DNA from: a virus
Taxonomy: Duplodnaviria > Caudoviricetes
Virus record (IMG/VR): IMGVR_UViG_3300032167_000004
Location: 64,001-128,000 of that record
Strand: one strand, 5' to 3'
Length of the DNA: 64,000 bases
Part shown: in pieces, positions 59,005 to 64,000 of the stretch
How the letters are laid out: the number at the start of each line of letters is the position of its first letter
Position numbering within the stretch: the stretch's first letter is position 1
Translations under genes and position numbers: made by a program
The notes under the pieces: model-generated
Seen by the model: only the letters and a program-made list of their open reading frames with translations
What the model was told of the DNA's origin: nothing
Database searches by the model: none

Positions 59005-60174
59005 TTATTTTATAGTATATACCGTGACTTCACCCGTCCCACTAGCGCCATATTGTGGTGTTGAATTATCTCCACCACCAAATAATGCATAATCACCAAC
59101 ATGAGTAGCCGCTAATTTACTAACTCTACGTAATAGTGGTGAAGAGGTTGTTCTTGTAAGTGAACTATCATAAACATCTACTATATTAGTAGGGTCACTA
59201 CTAGCATTAAAACCCCCTGCAAATAGTGCAAAGTCACCAACATGTGTTGCAGCTAATTCATATCTTGCAATACTTAATGGTTCTTGTATGGATCGAGTTA
59301 ATGACGAGTCATACCCATTAACAACATCAGAAATGTTTCTTGAGCCGTTGTTGTTACCTATACCTCCGCCAAAAAGTGCATGATTCTCCACATATGTTGC
59401 GGCTAATTTTTCTTTTCTTTCGCTTAATGAATCTAATGATTCAATTTTTGTCAGAGATGAATCATATGCATCAACAAAATTATATCCACTACTATTTGCG
59501 CCATCGCCACCTGCAATAATTGCATAATCCCCGACATGTGTTGCTTTGGCATTCCATCTGCCATAGATCATACCAATTACCACTGTTGAACGTGTCAGCG
59601 ATTTATCATACGCATCGACTATATTACTTTCAATCGCATTTCCCATATATCCAGAATTTGTTGAGCCACCTGCAATGATTGCATAATCCCCGACATGTGT
59701 GCATGATGCCCCATATTTAGAGATATTCGGTTGTGTTGGGACTATTGCAGATAATGATTCAGTAAACGCAACAATATTACTCACATTAAGAATAGCATAA
59801 GTTCCAACATGTGTTGATGAAGCAAAATTAGAGGCGGTTGTATTATAATTGTAAATTATAGATTTGATTAAATTATAGTCATACACTTCAATCGAATCAG
59901 ATATATTACTACCTGCCGTAATTGTTCCAGCCATAAATAAAGCATATTTTCCGACATGTGTGGCGGTAAGGTTATATCGTTTCAAAGATAGATCATCTGC
60001 TGATCCATAATATACTAATTCTCCACCACTCCAAAAAGGTCTAGCAACTCCACCAATACCTATATATGCTTTTTTAATCTTTCTTGATATACCATTAATA
60101 CCAATATATCCTTTTTTAATTTTACGAGCCACATTATCAATACCTATATAAGCTTTTTTTGACAAATTACTCAC
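59005..60174 (-). CDS. Kelch-repeat beta-propeller, putative receptor-binding protein
   Basis: THVGDYA..GG blades; N-terminus conserved with 57244. Confidence 0.8.
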   Translation of the reverse strand: MSNLSKKAYIGIDNVARKIKKGYIGINGISRKIKKAYIGIGGVARPFWSGGELVYYGSADDLSLKRYNLTATHVGKYALFMAGTITAGSNISDSIEVYDYNLIKSIIYNYNTTASNFASSTHVGTYAILNVSNIVAFTESLSAIVPTQPNISKYGASCTHVGDYAIIAGGSTNSGYMGNAIESNIVDAYDKSLTRSTVVIGMIYGRWNAKATHVGDYAIIAGGDGANSSGYNFVDAYDSSLTKIESLDSLSERKEKLAATYVENHALFGGGIGNNNGSRNISDVVNGYDSSLTRSIQEPLSIARYELAATHVGDFALFAGGFNASSDPTNIVDVYDSSLTRTTSSPLLRRVSKLAATHVGDYALFGGGDNSTPQYGASGTGEVTVYTIK

Positions 60175-60176
60175 CC

Positions 60177-60452
60177 TTATTCATATACAAAGTATAATTT
60201 ACCAGTTTGTAAAGCTGATACTCCTGCAGTTAAATCGGTAGGCCCATAATCATATAAATTATCAATTGCACTGGTAATCTGTTCATTAACAGGATCAGAT
60301 CCTACTTTTTCACTTAATAAATCAAATTCGTTTTTATTTGCAAAATCAGATGCATGTTTACCATCTAAAGTATCTGCATTACCACCATCTAATTTAGATA
60401 CTCCACCAAGTTTTTCCCATACACCATTTCTTTTAACCTTTAAAACAGCCAT
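60177..60452 (-). CDS. Small tail-fibre adaptor
   Basis: GGNADTLDGKHASDF fibre motif; C-terminal TGKLYFVYE. Confidence 0.65.
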   Translation of the reverse strand: MAVLKVKRNGVWEKLGGVSKLDGGNADTLDGKHASDFANKNEFDLLSEKVGSDPVNEQITSAIDNLYDYGPTDLTAGVSALQTGKLYFVYE

Positions 60453-60498
60453 TCACATACCTCCTTATTAAATTATTAATTTAATATTTATTAATATT

Positions 60499-61035
60499 TT
60501 AAGTATATTTAATGACAGTGTAATAGAATGTTCTATTTGCAATAGCAGTCCAACCGGAACCACCATAGTATTCAGCCGTAAGTGATATGGTTGTATTATT
60601 TCTTCTAATAACCCAATCAGTGAAAGCATTATAACTATCCATATGTAATGTTGTATTTAATCCACTACCATATTCTGCAAATACTGCTGTTGTAGCTTTT
60701 AATGTGCCATTATAATGTTCATTATAATGGATCATAACTAAATCTGGAATGAAGTTACAATTAATAGTTGCTGCTCCACTCGAATTAGTTGTAAAAGTAC
60801 CGCTTTCTTTTCCTCCATTGACAGGGATAGAAGATAGTGCAGATACTAAGTTACCACTTATTATAGAACTAGGCACTGTTCCACCTTTTTTCCCAATCAT
60901 AGAAAAAGCATTTAAAATATCATTTTGAATAGTATCCAAATATTTTAAAATATCATCGAGACCTATAGGGTCTGTAATTCCAACTATTTTACGAATTATA
61001 TTTGCAATTTCTGTCATTTTTGATTTTACACTCAT
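60499..61035 (-). CDS. Tail-fibre-associated protein
   Basis: T.IAN.IR N-terminal motif common in fibre proteins; beta-rich C-terminus. Confidence 0.55.
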   Translation of the reverse strand: MSVKSKMTEIANIIRKIVGITDPIGLDDILKYLDTIQNDILNAFSMIGKKGGTVPSSIISGNLVSALSSIPVNGGKESGTFTTNSSGAATINCNFIPDLVMIHYNEHYNGTLKATTAVFAEYGSGLNTTLHMDSYNAFTDWVIRRNNTTISLTAEYYGGSGWTAIANRTFYYTVIKYT

Positions 61036-64000
61036 TACCAAACACCTCCAAGAATAGCCTCATCAACATATCTTTTTATTTCTGCTATATCTTCTTCAGT
61101 CCAATAATCAATACCACGAATCGGTATCGTACCTGGATCTTCGAGAGGTGCATCCATATCAATCCACAATGTACCATCAGGAACATCTAATGGCTCATCA
61201 TTTTGTGTATAGATTGTTTCTTCATCTTCTATTGTTATAGTATCTGTACTATTATCACCTTTAGTATATGTAATTATATTACCTTCTGCAGATAGACCAA
61301 TAATTGTATTATTGAATGTAGTGTTAATTTGCTCTGATACACTATTAGTACCAACTTTTGATTTTAATTCATCAAAATCTGTACTAGATGCAAAATCAGA
61401 TGCATGTTTACCATCTAAGGTATCTGCATCACCTGTAATATCAGCAGGAAGTTTACCATTATTATTTAATTTTAAAATCTTATTAGCTTGAGATGATGTG
61501 ACGACATCATTAATACTAACAAAATCATCTGCGTGTTTACCATCAACTGTATCAGAATTACCACCATCTGCAGGAAAAGATGAAGGGATATTATTAATTT
61601 TAGTATTTATACTATCTAATTCAGATTTAATTACTTTATTCTGTACAGGATTTGTACTGTTATTAGATAATGCCTCATCGATAATAGTTTTATTAGCATC
61701 TTTTTCAACACTATCTAATTTAACCTTATCATCTTTAGATAATAAACCATCTGTAACAGAATTTGCTAAAGTATAAGTAGTATTTTCACTAGGAGGAGTA
61801 TAACCTAATGCATCAGTGACATTATTTTTTGTTATACTAATATTAATACCATCCATACTATTATTAGTAGTAATAGTTACATTATTACCTGATAAAGATA
61901 ATGTATCTGTAGTAGTATTAGCAGTTATATTAGTACCATTTACAGATACAACACTAAATGCATTTTGGTTAGGTTCAGCATTAATAGGAGCATGATCGGA
62001 ATTAGCATGAGTCTTAGCAACATTCCAATTTTCTCTCTCTTCTGATGTAATATGAATATTATTGTTATTAGTATGGGTAGTTAAATCAGTATTTATTGCT
62101 TTCGCATTAACCTCTCTCTGTAATTCATCAATCAGTCTTTTTAATTCAACACCTTGTGCTGCACTTAACGGTTGATTTGTCACATTAGTAATCAAGTTAT
62201 CGACAATATCATTCACATTAACTTTATTAGTAGTGATACCCTCAATCAAACTCTTATTACTCTTAATATAAGCAACGATTTCACTTAATTGGTCTAAAGT
62301 TATATCATCACTATCAGCTAATACATTTAATCTTTGTGTTAAATTATTGATTAATAACCGAATATCTTCATGAGAAGAGGTATTTACATTATGATTAGAT
62401 ACTGCAGTATTTGCAGTACCAGAAGGATCAGCATTTACATCAGATGATGTTAATATAATATCAGTTTCTAAAGATTTATTATTAATCGTTCTAGAAGTAG
62501 GAACTTTATTATCTAATTCAGATTTAATTATTTTATTCTGTACAGGGTTTTCACTTGTATCAGATAATAAGCTATCAACAATAGTCTTATTAGCACCTTC
62601 ATCAATAGTATCCAGTTTAACTTTATCTGAAGATAACATTAAACCATCTTTTGTATCAGATACTACATTATATGTAGTATCTTTATCGGAAGGAGTATAA
62701 CCTAATGCATCAGTAACATTATCTTTTGTAATACTAATAGTAACTTTATCATTAGCTATATCAGGAGTAATAGTAACATTATCACCTAACAATTCTAATG
62801 TATCACTAGTATTATCAGCTATAATAAATGTATTACTAACTTTGATACTACTAAACGCATTCTGGTTCTTTTCAGCATCAGTAGGAGCATGAGCGGAATC
62901 TGCATGATTCTTAGCAGCATTCCAATTAGTTCTTTCTTCACCAGTAATATGACTATTATTACTAGTATGATCAGTTAAATCACTAGTTAATGCTTTATTA
63001 TTAACCTCAAGTACTAAATTATCAATTAATCTCTTTAATTCGACACCTTGAGATGCCGATAATACTTTTTTACCATCATTAGTGACTAAGTTATCAATAA
63101 TATCATCCACATTAACTTTACTAGTAGTGACACCTTTGATCAAGGATTCATTACTTTTAATATAAGTGATGATTTCACTTAATTGATCGAGGGTTTCATC
63201 ATCACTATCAGCTAAAGTATCTAATCTTTTTGTTAAATTAGTGATTAACAGACGAATATCATTATGTGCTGTATCATTTACATTATGATCAGATATAACA
63301 TTAGTTGCAGTACCAGAAGGATCTGCATTTACATCAGATGCTGTTAATGTAATATTAGATTCTAATGATTTATTATTGATAGTTCTTGATGTAGATACTT
63401 TTTCATTTAAAGCTTCATATATAACTTTATTCTGTACAGGATTTGTACTAGTTTCAGATAAACTACTATCTACAATAGTTTTATTAGCACCTTCGTCAAT
63501 AGTGTCTAATTTAGTTTTATCATCTTTAGATAATAAACCATCTGTAGTGTTAGATGCAATATTATAAGTTGTATCTTTAACGGGAGGATAATAACCTAAT
63601 GCATTAGCAACATTATCTTTCGTAATACCAATAGTAATTTTATCATTATCCATATCAGGAGTAATAGTAACATTATCTCCAGATATTTCTAATGTATCGG
63701 TAGTTGTATCCGATGCGATAATTATATTACCAACTCTAACATTACTAAATGCATTCTGATTCTTTTCTGCATCAATAGGAGCATGAGTGGAATTAGCATG
63801 ATTTTTAGCAGCATTCCAACCAGTTCGTTCCGTAGGAGTAATATGAATATCAATATCATCTTTATGATCAGTTAAATCACTAGCTAATGCTTTATTATTA
63901 ACTTCAGTTTCTAATAAAGTAATCAATCTCTTTAATTCAACACCTTGTGCTGCACTTAAAGGCTTTTTATTATCATTAGTAATTAAGTCATTAATAATAT
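61035..64000 (-). CDS. Long repeat-built tail fibre (5' end outside window)
   Basis: Frame open to window edge; ~298-aa repeats with ALGYTP, DGL.S..DK.KLD, STNPVQNK, LSA.QG..L, HIT..ER..WN motifs. Confidence 0.8.
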   Translation of the reverse strand, partial: IINDLITNDNKKPLSAAQGVELKRLITLLETEVNNKALASDLTDHKDDIDIHITPTERTGWNAAKNHANSTHAPIDAEKNQNAFSNVRVGNIIIASDTTTDTLEISGDNVTITPDMDNDKITIGITKDNVANALGYYPPVKDTTYNIASNTTDGLLSKDDKTKLDTIDEGANKTIVDSSLSETSTNPVQNKVIYEALNEKVSTSRTINNKSLESNITLTASDVNADPSGTATNVISDHNVNDTAHNDIRLLITNLTKRLDTLADSDDETLDQLSEIITYIKSNESLIKGVTTSKVNVDDIIDNLVTNDGKKVLSASQGVELKRLIDNLVLEVNNKALTSDLTDHTSNNSHITGEERTNWNAAKNHADSAHAPTDAEKNQNAFSSIKVSNTFIIADNTSDTLELLGDNVTITPDIANDKVTISITKDNVTDALGYTPSDKDTTYNVVSDTKDGLMLSSDKVKLDTIDEGANKTIVDSLLSDTSENPVQNKIIKSELDNKVPTSRTINNKSLETDIILTSSDVNADPSGTANTAVSNHNVNTSSHEDIRLLINNLTQRLNVLADSDDITLDQLSEIVAYIKSNKSLIEGITTNKVNVNDIVDNLITNVTNQPLSAAQGVELKRLIDELQREVNAKAINTDLTTHTNNNNIHITSEERENWNVAKTHANSDHAPINAEPNQNAFSVVSVNGTNITANTTTDTLSLSGNNVTITTNNSMDGINISITKNNVTDALGYTPPSENTTYTLANSVTDGLLSKDDKVKLDSVEKDANKTIIDEALSNNSTNPVQNKVIKSELDSINTKINNIPSSFPADGGNSDTVDGKHADDFVSINDVVTSSQANKILKLNNNGKLPADITGDADTLDGKHASDFASSTDFDELKSKVGTNSVSEQINTTFNNTIIGLSAEGNIITYTKGDNSTDTITIEDEETIYTQNDEPLDVPDGTLWIDMDAPLEDPGTIPIRGIDYWTEEDIAEIKRYVDEAILGGVW

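Larger units (their letters stand above)
56637..60174 (-). repeat. Tandem duplication of the Kelch/135-aa/XkdX/terminator cassette (~1.76 kb unit)
   Basis: Homologous units 56637-58371 and 58400-60174. Confidence 0.9.

Noticed and set aside
57244-60174. Diversity-generating retroelement acting on Kelch genes
   Set aside because: No reverse transcriptase in the window and no template/variable repeat pair differing only at adenines; differences include indels
1-64000. Stop-codon reassignment as in some gut jumbo phages
   Set aside because: Conserved long genes are intact under code 11, and TAA, TGA and TAG all end genes

Overview
A very AT-rich segment of a jumbo bacteriophage of the AR9/PBS1/phiKZ-like type, probably infecting a gut Firmicute (Clostridia-like). 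Left end (+): late structural genes and the C-terminal half of a split RNA polymerase beta' subunit (probably virion RNAP). 4.9-34.7 kb (+): dozens of small early/accessory genes, many of them Zn-ribbon proteins, behind a repeated AAATATATATTAT early-promoter motif. This stretch also contains a ~3 kb island with three tRNAs (Leu-UAA, Lys-UUU, Ile2/Met-CAU), a free-standing HNH nuclease and a cluster of unannotated structured RNAs behind AACA-N6-TA late-promoter motifs. It further contains a catalytic beta' N-terminal RNAP subunit (NADFDGD) split by four group I introns, with 22- and 58-nt micro-exons, two HNH homing endonucleases and one intron apparently ending in A instead of G, followed by a nucleoside deoxyribosyltransferase-like gene and dCTP deaminase. 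Next come a class II RNR (-), a conserved phage protein and polyphosphate kinase 1 (+). Right end, 40.6-64 kb (-): tail and lysis module with repeat-built fibres, two Listeria-Bacteroides-repeat proteins, a holin-like protein, an M15 endolysin and a tandemly duplicated Kelch-propeller/135-aa/XkdX cassette. Family assignments come from motif recognition by eye; no database search was run.
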